Shown here: piece by piece, positions 1 through 10,600 of the stretch
Position numbering within the stretch: position 1 is the first letter of the stretch
Layout: every line of letters starts with the position of its first letter
NCBI GenBank assembly: GCA_020696385.1
Contig: JAEHCQ010000006.1
Location: 64,001-128,000, forward strand
Length of the DNA stretch: 64,000 nt
Source of the DNA: Methanobacteriota archaeon
GTDB taxonomy: Archaea > Thermoplasmatota > Thermoplasmata > SG8-5 > JAGLSY01
Direction of reading: 5' to 3'
Made by a program: the position numbers and the translations under genes
Notes under the pieces: model-generated
Seen by the model: only the letters and a program-made list of their open reading frames with translations
The model's database searches: none
What the model was told of the DNA's origin: nothing

Positions 1-1
1 C

Positions 2-238
2 AAGATCATAATGAGTTCCATGACTGAGGAGGAACTTACCGATCCAAAGATAATAAAGGCCTCCAGGGTGAAGAGGATCGCTTTGGGATGTGGCATGACA
101 ACGAAGGACGTTAGAGAACTTTTGTCGCATTACAATCTATCCAAAAAACAGATGAAAGGCATCATGGGTAATCGGAAGATGAGAAAACAGCTCCAGAAGC
201 AGATGAAATCCAGTGATATGTCACAATTTGGACTGTGA
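2..238 (+). CDS. srp54: Signal recognition particle protein SRP54, C-terminal M domain (5'-truncated by window edge)
   Basis: [29 protein letters not shown]...DVRELL matches the SRP54 M-domain RNA-binding motif; Met-rich C-terminus. Confidence 0.9.
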   Translation, partial: KIIMSSMTEEELTDPKIIKASRVKRIALGCGMTTKDVRELLSHYNLSKKQMKGIMGNRKMRKQLQKQMKSSDMSQFGL

Positions 239-242
239 TAAT

Positions 243-833
243 ATGCCTGTGTTCGTAGTTGTAGGCCACAGGGTCAATACCGATGGACTTTTCACACTCA
301 ATGATCTGGCTGGATCAACAGGCAGGCTTGATATTTTACTCCGATGCGTAAATTCCACTTTCTTTCTTTCCAATGATATCCGTAGAGATGCGGAGATCTA
401 TCTTGTGCTTCTTGGTGAGCCAGACGCTCCAAAGACCATACGTTTTGCAGGTTCAGAAATAAAATATTTGAACCCGGATGAAAGAAGCACTGCTGCCCTT
501 GTAAAGAATGCCCTTATGCAGAATGTAGGTGCGGGTGAGGAGATCAATACATCACCCGGCGTTTATGTCTCTCGCAGAGGCCTCAAGGAAGTGCTTGACG
601 TCTTTGAAGGGCGAAAGTTCATTCATTTGATGGAGGCCGGAACTCCTATCAATAATATGGATCTCGATGATGATCTTATTGTGGTTTTGGGTGGGCAATA
701 TGACCTGACGGAGGATGAAGAAAATATGGTTAAAGGCCATGAACCAACTCCAATTTCTCTTGGTCCAAATAAGCTTCATGCAAATCACTGTATTACTATT
801 TTTCTCAATGAGCTGGATATTAGTAAACAATAA
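243..833 (+). CDS. trmY: tRNA (pseudouridine54-N1)-methyltransferase, SPOUT family
   Basis: FTLNDLAGSTGRLDILLRC, LNPDERSTAAL and ISLGPNKLHANHCI motifs; likely start is the ATG at 243 (MPVFVVVGH). Confidence 0.92.
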   Translation: MPVFVVVGHRVNTDGLFTLNDLAGSTGRLDILLRCVNSTFFLSNDIRRDAEIYLVLLGEPDAPKTIRFAGSEIKYLNPDERSTAALVKNALMQNVGAGEEINTSPGVYVSRRGLKEVLDVFEGRKFIHLMEAGTPINNMDLDDDLIVVLGGQYDLTEDEENMVKGHEPTPISLGPNKLHANHCITIFLNELDISKQ

Positions 834-1039
834 TTATATATAATTAATATTAGTTAATAATAATATATTATTGAAATTATATATGTATATTTAAAATAAT
901 TAAATTATATAATTTTTATTTTTAAATTATTAATATTTAAATAATATTTTATATTTCTGGTCACACGCCCGTAAATACCATTGCAAATGTTTTAATATGT
1001 ATAGGGGCATTTTGTACTTGGGTGAGGGACCCTGATCTG

Positions 1040-1058
1040 TTGCAGACTTAGTCTGCAA
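1040..1058. promoter_or_regulatory. Palindrome TTGCAGACT-T-AGTCTGCAA upstream of the vWA-chelatase gene (operator or hairpin)
   Basis: Perfect 9-bp inverted arms about 40 bp before the GTG start. Confidence 0.35.
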
Positions 1059-1100
1059 AAAAATATACGGTTATATATAGGAACAGTGGGTGTTTTTTAA

Positions 1101-3866
1101 GTGGCATCGAAGGAACTGAAGAAGGCGATGGACGATCTTCTGCGAAAGAAGAACAGGAGGATAGTGACAGGCACTGTCAGGTCTGGCCGCCGAACTGAGA
1201 TCATCACTGTTGGAAAACAGGGTAAATATATTCGTTACAGAACCCCAAAATCCGGTGATGCCAGTGATCTTGCTTTATTGCCTACTATTACATCTGCAAT
1301 AATCAATTCCAGGGGCGGAAAGATCCGTGTCAAGAAATCAGATTACAAGGAAAAGGTAAGGAGAAGGAAGATATCCACGCTTATCTGCCTAGTTCTCGAC
1401 ACATCCAGTTCCATGGTGATGGATGCCAAGATGAGAGGTATAAAGGATTCTTTGAATGGCCTTATGTTGGACATATACCAGAAGCGGGACAGGATATCTC
1501 TCGTGGTCTGTTTCGGTCGGTCGGCCGAGGTCGTACTTCCCTTCACATCCAGTGTTGAGAAAGGAAATCAATTTATAGAGCAGCTCAAGTTCGGAGGAAC
1601 AACTCCTCTTGCTGCTGGGATGCGTAGGGGGATGGAAAATCTTCTAACAAAGACCCGCATAGAGAAAGATACCAATTCTCTTCTCATAATCGTGACCGAT
1701 GGATCTGCCAATACACCTCTTGTTCCTGGCGTGGATGTTGATAATGAGGTGAAGGAGACCGCGGCAAATATCCTGAAGCATAATATCCCGGTTTTGGTCA
1801 TTGACGTGAATATCAAAGGATCGGAAATGGCCGAAGAGATCGCAAGACTATGTGATGGAAAATATTTCAAGATCGATCACTCGGAAGTTCTGGGATCTAC
1901 AACTTCGATAGATGATGTCATGAAGTTCGACAGGGTGATGGAGCATGTAACATTGGCTCTCGTGGATCCAAATATGAAAGGAATACTTTTCAAAGCACAA
2001 GACAGGAACATGGTCTCGGATGTCCTGACATATCTTGATACCCTCGCGATTGAGTTCAAGGCAGTTTCCGGTTGCCATTCCGGTTGTGATCCCGATGATC
2101 CCGAAGCTTTCTGCCACCATTGTAAATTGAAATATGTGGATCAGGAAGAACCTCCTGAGATGAATACCTCACTCAGGACATATCCGATAGTTTCCCTATC
2201 ATCCTTCGGCACAGCGGATGAGCTAATTGGCGATATATTTGTCAGGTTCCTAGCAACCCCAAGTTACCTTCACAAGGTCAATCGAGGTATCTTGTTCATC
2301 AAGGATATCGACACACTCTCAAAGGAAGTTGTGGACATTCTGGTCGAGACCTTGAAGACCAGAAATTACACACTCGAGAAAGATGGTATGTCAATGACCT
2401 TCCCGACCAAGTTTTCCATCATTGGAACATTGAGCAATGATGAAGCATCCGTGCCAAAGGAACTTGAAGGTCAAATGACCATGGTGATCGATACAGAACC
2501 CGAAAAGAATCTCGAGTACAATACCAAGTTCATACAGTACGAGAAGGAATTCGATGCAGACCCTGCTGGTTTTGAGAATAAACTGGATCGCGGTCGCAAG
2601 GAATCCATCATGGAGATAATAAAAGCGAGGAAGATGTTGCGCGGTGTCTCAACTCCCGATATATTGAACATGGCCCTTGATATTTATAGCCAGGATCTGA
2701 GCAAGGAGGATTGCTTTCCTTCCAAATTGAAAGCAATGGCGAAGGTCATGGCCGCAAAGAAGATGAAATCCGAGGTAACAGAGATCGAGGCTGTGGAAGC
2801 GATAGAGATATTGCGAAGGCAAAAGCGACTCAAGCCGGGTACGATAGAGATATCCCCCAACCTAACTCCTTTCATAGAGATCAGTGAGAGAGTTGCCGAA
2901 GCCGAGATCATTAGGGACAAGCTAATGTCCACCCTGGTCGCAAAGGATGAGATAGGTGGTGTGATGATCAGAGGCTTCAATGCCGATGCTGTAAGAACTG
3001 CATTGAGATCATTACAGGATATGTCCCTGCATTTGATGGTCCCGAAAGGCTGTAAATATGAATGCGATCCAAACCGTTCGGAGGAATTCTGTCCTGAGTG
3101 TCGCTTGAAATATCATGATGATAGATTAGAGATAGAGGAACAGCCAATGCCCGTTGTTTTCCTGCCACCTGAAGTTGGATTGAAGCAATTAAAAGGCGAG
3201 ATCTTTGTCAAGTATGTTGTCTCACCCAATTTACTTAGTAGAGCCCATCGTGGAATCGTCTTTATAGAAGATATTGACCTATTAAAACCAGATATCGCTG
3301 ATGCAATGGCGCAGGTCATGAGCACAAAGACGAATATTGTGGAGAGAGGAAGTGTTCTAATCGAAAATCCATGCAGAACACTTGTTATTGGAACCATCAG
3401 TGACCCTGATGCTGAAGTACATCCTGTTATTATCGATCACATGACAGCCATGTTAGAGGCTTCCGATCATGATAGGACAATGATCAAATTAAAATCATTG
3501 GGATATCTTGAAGAATTCGGTTCGAACCCTGAAATGTTCAGCAAACAGATATTGGCAGACATTGATAGGGCGACATCATCCGTGATCGAAGGTCAGGAAC
3601 TTTTCAATGAGGTGAGCATTCTTGATTCACAGCTTGATCTCATTGTCAGGATATGTAATGAGTTCGATGTTGAAGGAAACAGTACGGAATTCAATGTCGA
3701 GAAGGTTGCGAAGACCCTTGCGGCCATAAGAGGTTCCAAGAAAGTTGATGATATGGACATCATCAATGCTTCCAAGATGGTCTTACCATTGGCCGCATTG
3801 ACAAGTCAGGAAATGCAGGATTATATTTCAAGATCTTTGAAGGATATGGTGCTACAATATGCATGA
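1101..3866 (+). CDS. ChlD/BchD-like vWA-domain protein with two C-terminal degenerate ChlI-type AAA+ modules
   Basis: vWA MIDAS motif LDTSSSM, GGTTPL and VTDG; two Cys-rich C-x3-C-DP-x5-C-x2-C inserts typical of ChlI; Walker B-like GILFIKDID and GIVFIEDID; no Walker A in either module. Confidence 0.8.
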   Translation: MASKELKKAMDDLLRKKNRRIVTGTVRSGRRTEIITVGKQGKYIRYRTPKSGDASDLALLPTITSAIINSRGGKIRVKKSDYKEKVRRRKISTLICLVLDTSSSMVMDAKMRGIKDSLNGLMLDIYQKRDRISLVVCFGRSAEVVLPFTSSVEKGNQFIEQLKFGGTTPLAAGMRRGMENLLTKTRIEKDTNSLLIIVTDGSANTPLVPGVDVDNEVKETAANILKHNIPVLVIDVNIKGSEMAEEIARLCDGKYFKIDHSEVLGSTTSIDDVMKFDRVMEHVTLALVDPNMKGILFKAQDRNMVSDVLTYLDTLAIEFKAVSGCHSGCDPDDPEAFCHHCKLKYVDQEEPPEMNTSLRTYPIVSLSSFGTADELIGDIFVRFLATPSYLHKVNRGILFIKDIDTLSKEVVDILVETLKTRNYTLEKDGMSMTFPTKFSIIGTLSNDEASVPKELEGQMTMVIDTEPEKNLEYNTKFIQYEKEFDADPAGFENKLDRGRKESIMEIIKARKMLRGVSTPDILNMALDIYSQDLSKEDCFPSKLKAMAKVMAAKKMKSEVTEIEAVEAIEILRRQKRLKPGTIEISPNLTPFIEISERVAEAEIIRDKLMSTLVAKDEIGGVMIRGFNADAVRTALRSLQDMSLHLMVPKGCKYECDPNRSEEFCPECRLKYHDDRLEIEEQPMPVVFLPPEVGLKQLKGEIFVKYVVSPNLLSRAHRGIVFIEDIDLLKPDIADAMAQVMSTKTNIVERGSVLIENPCRTLVIGTISDPDAEVHPVIIDHMTAMLEASDHDRTMIKLKSLGYLEEFGSNPEMFSKQILADIDRATSSVIEGQELFNEVSILDSQLDLIVRICNEFDVEGNSTEFNVEKVAKTLAAIRGSKKVDDMDIINASKMVLPLAALTSQEMQDYISRSLKDMVLQYA

Positions 3867-4956
3867 TGATAATGATAATGCAGAAAATATTGTACTCGTT
3901 AATAATGATAATGTCGATCCTAATCTTACTAATATCGTTCCAGATGACCATGATGATAACTCTAACCTTGACTTTGAGGACCTGTCCCGATTCAATAAGA
4001 AAAAAGACAAACTTTTCTTTCCGTTCACTGGCATAGTTGGTCAACAGTCTATGAAGAAAGGCCTTATTCTTGTCTCCGCCAATCCGCGCATCAGTTCTTT
4101 ATTGATAATCGGGGAAAATGGTACGGGGAAAGTCACAGCATCCATGGGATTACAGGCTTTTCTTCCCGATCTCGAGGTGTCTGCTCAGTGCACATCCAAT
4201 TGCGATCCTCGAAACAGTCTGTTCTTATGTACCACATGCAAAGATAGTGGGGTCACGAATGATGATAATATCATCCAAATACCAACTCCCTTCATGGTAT
4301 TGCCTGTTGGTACATCTCATGAGAGGATATTCGGTTCTTTCGAGAAGGACGGAAGCTTTGTTCCTGGTCTGATATCAATCGCAAATAGAGGTTATATCCT
4401 AATGGAAAGGGTCAATCTCCATGATGCCGATATGATAAGATCACTATTGGATATTCGTGACAAAGGAGTATGTGAATGCAAATGTGAAAAGGGTGAGTTT
4501 ACATTCACTCACCCTGCTCAGTTCACATTGATCGCAACTCTGAACCCGTCCGAGGGTGAACTGGATGAAGATATCTTGAAACGATTCCAATTAGTGGTTC
4601 ACACAAGAAGTCTGAAGGATATCGAGGAAAGGATAGAGATCGTGCGGAGGGTGGAGAGCTTCAAGGAGGATCCTCAGGAATTCCTGGATAAGAGCAAGAG
4701 GGAGCTCGACGGACTTAGGGCCGTGATAGAGAACTCAAGGCGATTATTGAAGAGGGCGGACATACCTTCGAAATCCATGGACGCGATAATCAATATCCTG
4801 AAGAGCCATGATACTGATAATCCAGCCATGCGGGACGCCATGGTCGAATCCACCAAGGCCAACACGGTCATCAATGACAGCACATGGGCATCTATCGAGG
4901 ATATTGCAGAGATAGTTGATATGGTCATGGCCTATCATATGAAGAAAGAAGCTTGA
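3859..4956 (+). CDS. Magnesium/cobalt chelatase ChlI-like AAA+ subunit
   Basis: FPFTGIVGQQSMK, Walker A GENGTGKVT, NCDP..C..C insert, PGLISIANRGY, HPAQFTLIATLNPSEGEL; overlaps the upstream gene by 8 bp. Confidence 0.85.
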   Translation: MHDDNDNAENIVLVNNDNVDPNLTNIVPDDHDDNSNLDFEDLSRFNKKKDKLFFPFTGIVGQQSMKKGLILVSANPRISSLLIIGENGTGKVTASMGLQAFLPDLEVSAQCTSNCDPRNSLFLCTTCKDSGVTNDDNIIQIPTPFMVLPVGTSHERIFGSFEKDGSFVPGLISIANRGYILMERVNLHDADMIRSLLDIRDKGVCECKCEKGEFTFTHPAQFTLIATLNPSEGELDEDILKRFQLVVHTRSLKDIEERIEIVRRVESFKEDPQEFLDKSKRELDGLRAVIENSRRLLKRADIPSKSMDAIINILKSHDTDNPAMRDAMVESTKANTVINDSTWASIEDIAEIVDMVMAYHMKKEA

Positions 4957-5035
4957 ATCTTATCCGATAATGTGCAGTATAAATGAACACTGTTCTATAT
5001 AGACAATATTAATATCTATTATATCATACTGTATT

Positions 5036-5383
5036 ATGATAAATATGACATATTATTTTGATCAAAGTGAAATTGAGCAAAAGGAAATTATTCCCGGGGT
5101 CTTTCAGCAGATATTATCTGGAAGAACACATGATGAAAAGATGATGATGGTAAGATACATCATCAAAGAAGGATCTGTATTTCCTGAGCATGCACATCCT
5201 CATGAACAACACGGCATCATGATAGAAGGAGAAGCGGATTTCATCATCGGCGGCGAGAAAAAAAGAACAAGAACCGGGGATGGTTATATCATCCCCGGCA
5301 ATGTCTTGCATGGTGCGGTCTTTCTCAAGGACTCTATTGTCATAGATATGTTCGATCCACCGAGAGAGGATTTTCTGGTGTGA
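5036..5383 (+). CDS. Cupin-domain protein
   Basis: PEHAHPHEQ...IPGNVLHG cupin metal motifs; DMFDPPREDF C-terminus. Confidence 0.88.
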   Translation: MINMTYYFDQSEIEQKEIIPGVFQQILSGRTHDEKMMMVRYIIKEGSVFPEHAHPHEQHGIMIEGEADFIIGGEKKRTRTGDGYIIPGNVLHGAVFLKDSIVIDMFDPPREDFLV

Positions 5384-5451
5384 ACAATTCTATGAATGAC
5401 GCCGAAATCATTTTATAACGTTCAATCTATTTTATGTATGAAAGTGAACAT

Positions 5452-6372
5452 ATGGCATTAACCGAAGAATCCAAGGATCTGATCATATTAATTCTCATAG
5501 TGTCAATGGTCCTTGTCCTGGTGGTTGAACTAATGTACATGCGCTCAAAGAAGAAACAGAAGAAAAGTAAGTATGAAGAGAACAAGGCAGACGAGGCCTA
5601 TAATAAGATACATACTGCAGATCGTATCATATCGACCATGAGATCCCAGGGTGTGGATGTTCACGAGGCAGAACTTTTGCTCAAAGAAGCAAGGCGTTAT
5701 GAATCATCGAGAAACTTTGATTCTGCAATTGAAAGGGCCGAGAGATCGAAGATAATTTTGAGAAATGCCAAGAGAGACCATGATATGAAAGAAGCCACCA
5801 ATCAGAATGGTATAGGATCTGAACAAATTAACACAGTATCTGAGATAACTTCAAATAATATCCCTGCAAATGCTCCTCTTCCCTCACCTATTGAAGAGGT
5901 GAGGTCTGCAAAGCGACCCAAGAATTTCCTGCAGGCGAAGTTCTTGCTGACCACGGTCAAAGATCTTATGGAAAATGAAGAAAATCAGGGGATCGAAGAA
6001 GCAAGGCAGATGTTCGAAGATGCAAAAGATGAATTTGCCAAAGAAAATTACACAAAGGCTCTATCACTTGCATTGAAGACAGAAAAGATGCTAAAAGTAG
6101 GTGGCTTTGATCACATTGCGGAAACCTCACAGCCGCATTCTGAAGAACATACGGATGATGATCCACACAACCATTATGATGAGGAAGAACCTAAGATCAT
6201 CGATCTCGAAGGGGCCTCTTGTGATAGTTGTGGAACTGATGCTGATATATCCGATGCTTTCTGTAGAAAATGCGGTGATAAGCTGGAGTTCATCATTATC
6301 TGTCCAAGTTGTGATGCAGAAGTACAGCCTGATGATGTCTTCTGCAGGAAATGTGGACAGAAGCTTGGTTGA
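5452..6372 (+). CDS. Membrane-anchored helical-repeat protein with C-terminal double zinc ribbon
   Basis: N-terminal TM helix followed by a basic patch; GVDVHEAELLLKEA-type repeats; four CxxC pairs (CDSC, CRKC, CPSC, CRKC). Confidence 0.75.
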   Translation: MALTEESKDLIILILIVSMVLVLVVELMYMRSKKKQKKSKYEENKADEAYNKIHTADRIISTMRSQGVDVHEAELLLKEARRYESSRNFDSAIERAERSKIILRNAKRDHDMKEATNQNGIGSEQINTVSEITSNNIPANAPLPSPIEEVRSAKRPKNFLQAKFLLTTVKDLMENEENQGIEEARQMFEDAKDEFAKENYTKALSLALKTEKMLKVGGFDHIAETSQPHSEEHTDDDPHNHYDEEEPKIIDLEGASCDSCGTDADISDAFCRKCGDKLEFIIICPSCDAEVQPDDVFCRKCGQKLG

Positions 6373-6505
6373 TCTTTCTTATTAATGATGAAGATGAAAT
6401 AATGCTCAATATGAAATAATGTTCAATAAGTAATGTAATATCAATGGTAGTTATGAATTGAGATAATTATGAAGAATGAACATTTATGTTTTTGAAAGGA
6501 TATGT

Positions 6506-7543
6506 TCAAAGGACCTTTCCATTCTTTATGATATCTTTTGTGGTTCCATCCATGTATGTTACCGCCATACTTGGTTTATTGAACAGGAAATCACGGTGTG
6601 TCTTTGAATTATTGGTCCCGTTGTTCATGTCCATATTGTTACCAAAGGCAATATGGGCTGTTTCCCCTGCCTTTTCATCCTCCAGAAGGTTTCCGACCAG
6701 TCTAGCATTGGGATTGAGCCCTATGCCAAGTTCTCCGATCGTTGAGGCCATCTCATCTATCGTGGTCAGTTCCCATAGATGTTTCACCATCTCCTTATCC
6801 TCACATTCCATGTCTGTCAATATACCATTTTTGATGGTCAATGTAAGTGGAACATCCAACATTCCAATGTCTCCGATGCTCCCATCCACAACTACTTTTC
6901 CACTACCTTTGGTCTCTGTTGGTGCACACCAGATCTCCCCTGCTGGGAGGTTTCCAAAGCTTTTCTTGTCAATAATGACGTCCGTGGAGAAGCACCGATC
7001 CTGAATATCAAGTATAAGATTAGTTCCTAATTCAGTGGTTATGTGAACCTCTTTTGCCTTATTGAACTTACTTTTCAAATCCATGGCATCCTTAACTATC
7101 TGTTCATAATCCACATTCATTGGCCCCTTGTACATCATTTCCTTTGTTATACCAGGGGCATGAGCCACTCTGACATCATAGGCGATCTCATCATAAAGCA
7201 ACTCAACACGAAATGGTGTTTCCTTCGCATCGCCATGGAAGGCATTGACAACCACATTATAATCTTTGAAAATTCCTTTTAACTGTTCCGGAAGTTTTTC
7301 CAGAGGTCTTTGGTGTTGAGAAATGGAATATAGATCGGTCTTCAGACCACCTAATCTCTTGGCACCACTGATGAAGGCATGACCGATATCCTGTTTTTCT
7401 TGATCTGTGACCACAAGAATATTCTGACCCTGGTCAAATGAAAGCACATTCTTCAGAGCTTTCTCCGCACCTTCGACCATCTTATTATAATTGGAGCATC
7501 TCTTGAAATCATCTTTGTTTGCTAATTCCATTATTTCAGCCAT
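6506..7543 (-). CDS. M29-family (thermophilic leucyl-type) aminopeptidase
   Basis: GNLPAGEIWCAP, IGELGIGLNP, EDEKAGETAHIAFGNN and HRD motifs. Confidence 0.88.
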   Translation of the reverse strand: MAEIMELANKDDFKRCSNYNKMVEGAEKALKNVLSFDQGQNILVVTDQEKQDIGHAFISGAKRLGGLKTDLYSISQHQRPLEKLPEQLKGIFKDYNVVVNAFHGDAKETPFRVELLYDEIAYDVRVAHAPGITKEMMYKGPMNVDYEQIVKDAMDLKSKFNKAKEVHITTELGTNLILDIQDRCFSTDVIIDKKSFGNLPAGEIWCAPTETKGSGKVVVDGSIGDIGMLDVPLTLTIKNGILTDMECEDKEMVKHLWELTTIDEMASTIGELGIGLNPNARLVGNLLEDEKAGETAHIAFGNNMDMNNGTNNSKTHRDFLFNKPSMAVTYMDGTTKDIIKNGKVL

Positions 7544-7672
7544 ATTCTGCCTCCTATTTACGTGGGTTTTTATATTCTCATTCTATAGACTCGTTCAGCA
7601 TCAGACCATGCCTTTCAGTGGGCCTGATGTTGCGGTCTTGTCTCTCAGAGCGGTATGAGGGGTGGGTCTCGA

Positions 7673-10600
7673 TCAGTTTTCCTTTAGCTTAGCAAGGTTC
7701 TTCTCGAAGAGTTCCTCAGATATCTTTCCATCCTCGAATGCCTGCCTCAGTCGGAGAACACGCTCGTCCTCTTCAGGTGCTTCGAGAGTGGAGTCGATCG
7801 CTTCCTCTGTTTCAATGTCAGGTTCCACTTCATCTGTAATTTCAGGTTCTGCATTGATATCTGATTCAGTCTCAATATTTTCGGTTTCCATCTCGGATGA
7901 TATATCTTCGGATATATCAACATCTGAATCCTCTGGAATCTCATCATCAATGATTGAATCGCCTATCTCTTCGGGAGACATTTCCTCCTCAGGTATAGGT
8001 GGTTCTTCCATGTTGTCGATGTCTTCTGGAACTTCATCATCAATGATAGAGTCACCTATCTCTTCGGGGGACATCCCCTCCTCCGGTATAGGTGGTTCTT
8101 CCATGCCGTCGATGTCCTGTGGGATCTCATCTTCTGGCAGATATTCATCATCTGTCATATCGCCATCCAGTTCATCTCCGCCATGTAACTCATCATCTTC
8201 GATGCTTGTAACCTGGGCTGGTGTGTATTCCTCCGATTCAGGAGTATCTTTCCAGATCATCATGGCAATGAACATGCCGACCACAAGTCCAACGATCAAA
8301 AGAACGATCATCATTCCGATCGCTCCATAGTTGGTGGACTCCTCTGGTGTCAGTTCAACTGTGTGTCTCAATTCGACAATGTTACCTGCTTTGTCCTCTA
8401 CCTCTATTACAATGGTATTGAGTCCATAGCTCAGGAACACGGTCCTTTCGAATTCGGATATTCCTCTTGTAGAATCCACAGTCACCTGCTTTCCATTGAC
8501 CAGAACTCCTCCGATCTTCAGTTCTTCTTCATCTATCTCAGCACTGAAGGTGAAGTTGTCAGTATGTACCTCTGTTGGGAGTTCATCAAGGGTGATCATA
8601 GGCATTGTTTTGTCAAGAGTGATGTTCAACCAGTCATCAATGGTATTGCCTGCCATGTCCATGAATAATAGGTGTAATACATTCTCACCTTCCAATAGGT
8701 CCACAACCGTCGAGAAGGATCCATCGCTGTTCACAGTGATCTCTTTTCCATTTATGGTCATGTATCCTGATTCATCAACTTCTCCAGTTATTGTGATCTT
8801 GTCCTTATTGGTCCTTGAGCCTTCCTCGCTAACGAATCCCTCAAAGACTGGCATATTCAGATCCAACACGATTGTCCTTCTGACCTCTGCTTTGTTTCCT
8901 GCAAGGTCTATGGCAGATATAGTGATCATGTTCTTGCCATCTTCGAGGATGACATATGCGGAGAATTCTCCATTTGCCACATTTACATGCTCAACCTCGA
9001 CACCAAATATGTCCAAGGTGGCATCTGTCTCTATGAGACCTGAGATCTCATAATGATCATCTGTTGTGTATTCTGTGTTTGTTTCTGGGGTCTTAACATT
9101 CAGGGATGGCAATCCTGAATCTATCAAGAAGGTCCATGATTCCGTGAAGGTGTTGCCAGCCTGATCCATTATGGATGCTTCGACACTGTGGATACCATCA
9201 TCCATTTCAGATGGTGAAGAATAACTGATAGTACCTAGTGGGAAGCCTTGTACTGGCGATGGTGCTGTTGAATCTAAATCATCGACAAAAGGTACATTGG
9301 TGGAGGCCTGTGGTGTTACATCGACTCCATCAACTATCATCTTTGGACTATCCGGTACCAATTCTCCGAAATCATCCTTGAAATTTGCTGTTATTATTGG
9401 ATTGCTGTCGCGCATCACTTCCCCATCTCCTGGACCAAAGCCACTGCTTGTAGGTGCTATGGTATCGTACCTGAGATCGATTGGAAGTAGCATTGTGAAT
9501 GGAGCTTCACCAGGTCCAATGTACAAAGCACCTTGTAATGTTACTCCTTCCTTTGCACTTGGAAGATCATATCCCAGATCCAATTTTGATGTTGTGTATG
9601 CGGATAATGGTGTATCCGATTTCCACTGATCTGGGTTGTCTGGTGTAAGATCCACTCCTTCACCCTCAACACCAAATCCAAGTCCCTGCACATTTGTTAT
9701 ATCTATATCAAAGTGAGCTGGTATTGTTTTCAGAGCGAATCCATATATTATGATTATATAGTTTCCATCTGGAGGTCCTATGAGTTTCACCTGTTCATCT
9801 GCATCGAAATCCGCACCTATCGCAAAGCCCTCCTCTCCTTCAGCCTTTCCGTCTCCATTTTCATCATAGAAGACTCCAAGATCCAGGTCGGGGGCATTAT
9901 CATGACCGTATATGTGCACATCGAATATTAGGCAGTCTTTCAGGGTAACTTCTATTGTTGTATTACCTGAAGCCAGCTGATCCTCGAAGGTATCGTAGTT
10001 GCTCCAGTCTGGGTCATCCTCCCATACCTCCAAATCTTTGTAGCTGACTGGTGCTGATGGTCCTGCTGCTACACCACCGAAGTGTCCGCCGAGATCTATA
10101 TTGGAAACTCCACTTACACTTGCTGTACCCGCCAGTTCATTGGTGACTATGCTTATTTTATCAGAGTCTAGTGAGTAGGTTCCGACCCTTCCCTTAATTG
10201 GCTCAAGGTCTGAAGTACCATTCATGTGTACATTGTGTAGAGCGATGACATTCAGTCCGGCTCCTATATCTGGAGCACTGTATTCAAGTGGCCCGCCACT
10301 TGAAGTGAAGAAGGTCGCGGTCTCTGTACTACCACCATTTAATTGTAGTCCATGTGGTCCGTATCTATCTCCTGTGAAGGTATCTCCTGACTCTGGATTT
10401 ACTATCGTGAGTGCTCCAAAGGCAAATGCATCGATATCTGTTTGGCCTTTCCACCATTCTGCATTTATGAGCAGCTTGGTGTTGGAATCTGTGAAAGTTC
10501 CCTGGTCTGGGATGTCTACATAGTAGAATCTCCAGTCACCAGCCTTTCCTCCAGCTCCATCATATCCTGAGAGCATCATTGCCGGGTCGAAGAGTCTGTT

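Noticed and set aside
834-960. Almost pure A/T tract as a possible replication origin unwinding element
   Set aside because: No cdc6/orc1 gene or ORB-like repeats nearby; similar AT-rich spacers occur at about 20400, 25950 and 30900
1000-1060. Partial resemblance to a TPP riboswitch (GGGG...TGAG...CCTGATCTG)
   Set aside because: Lacks the CUGAGA, ACCC...ACCUG spacing and the GCGUAGGGA 3' motif; downstream genes are unrelated to thiamine
6380-6490. Short direct repeat TGAAATAATG(C/T)TCAATA as a possible CRISPR remnant
   Set aside because: Only two adjacent 17-bp units, no spacers and no cas genes; low-complexity intergenic DNA
7590-7670. GC-rich hairpin between the giant protein and the aminopeptidase as a tRNA or SECIS element
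   Set aside because: No cloverleaf or T-loop consensus and no in-frame TGA selenoprotein nearby; probably a terminator or stability hairpin
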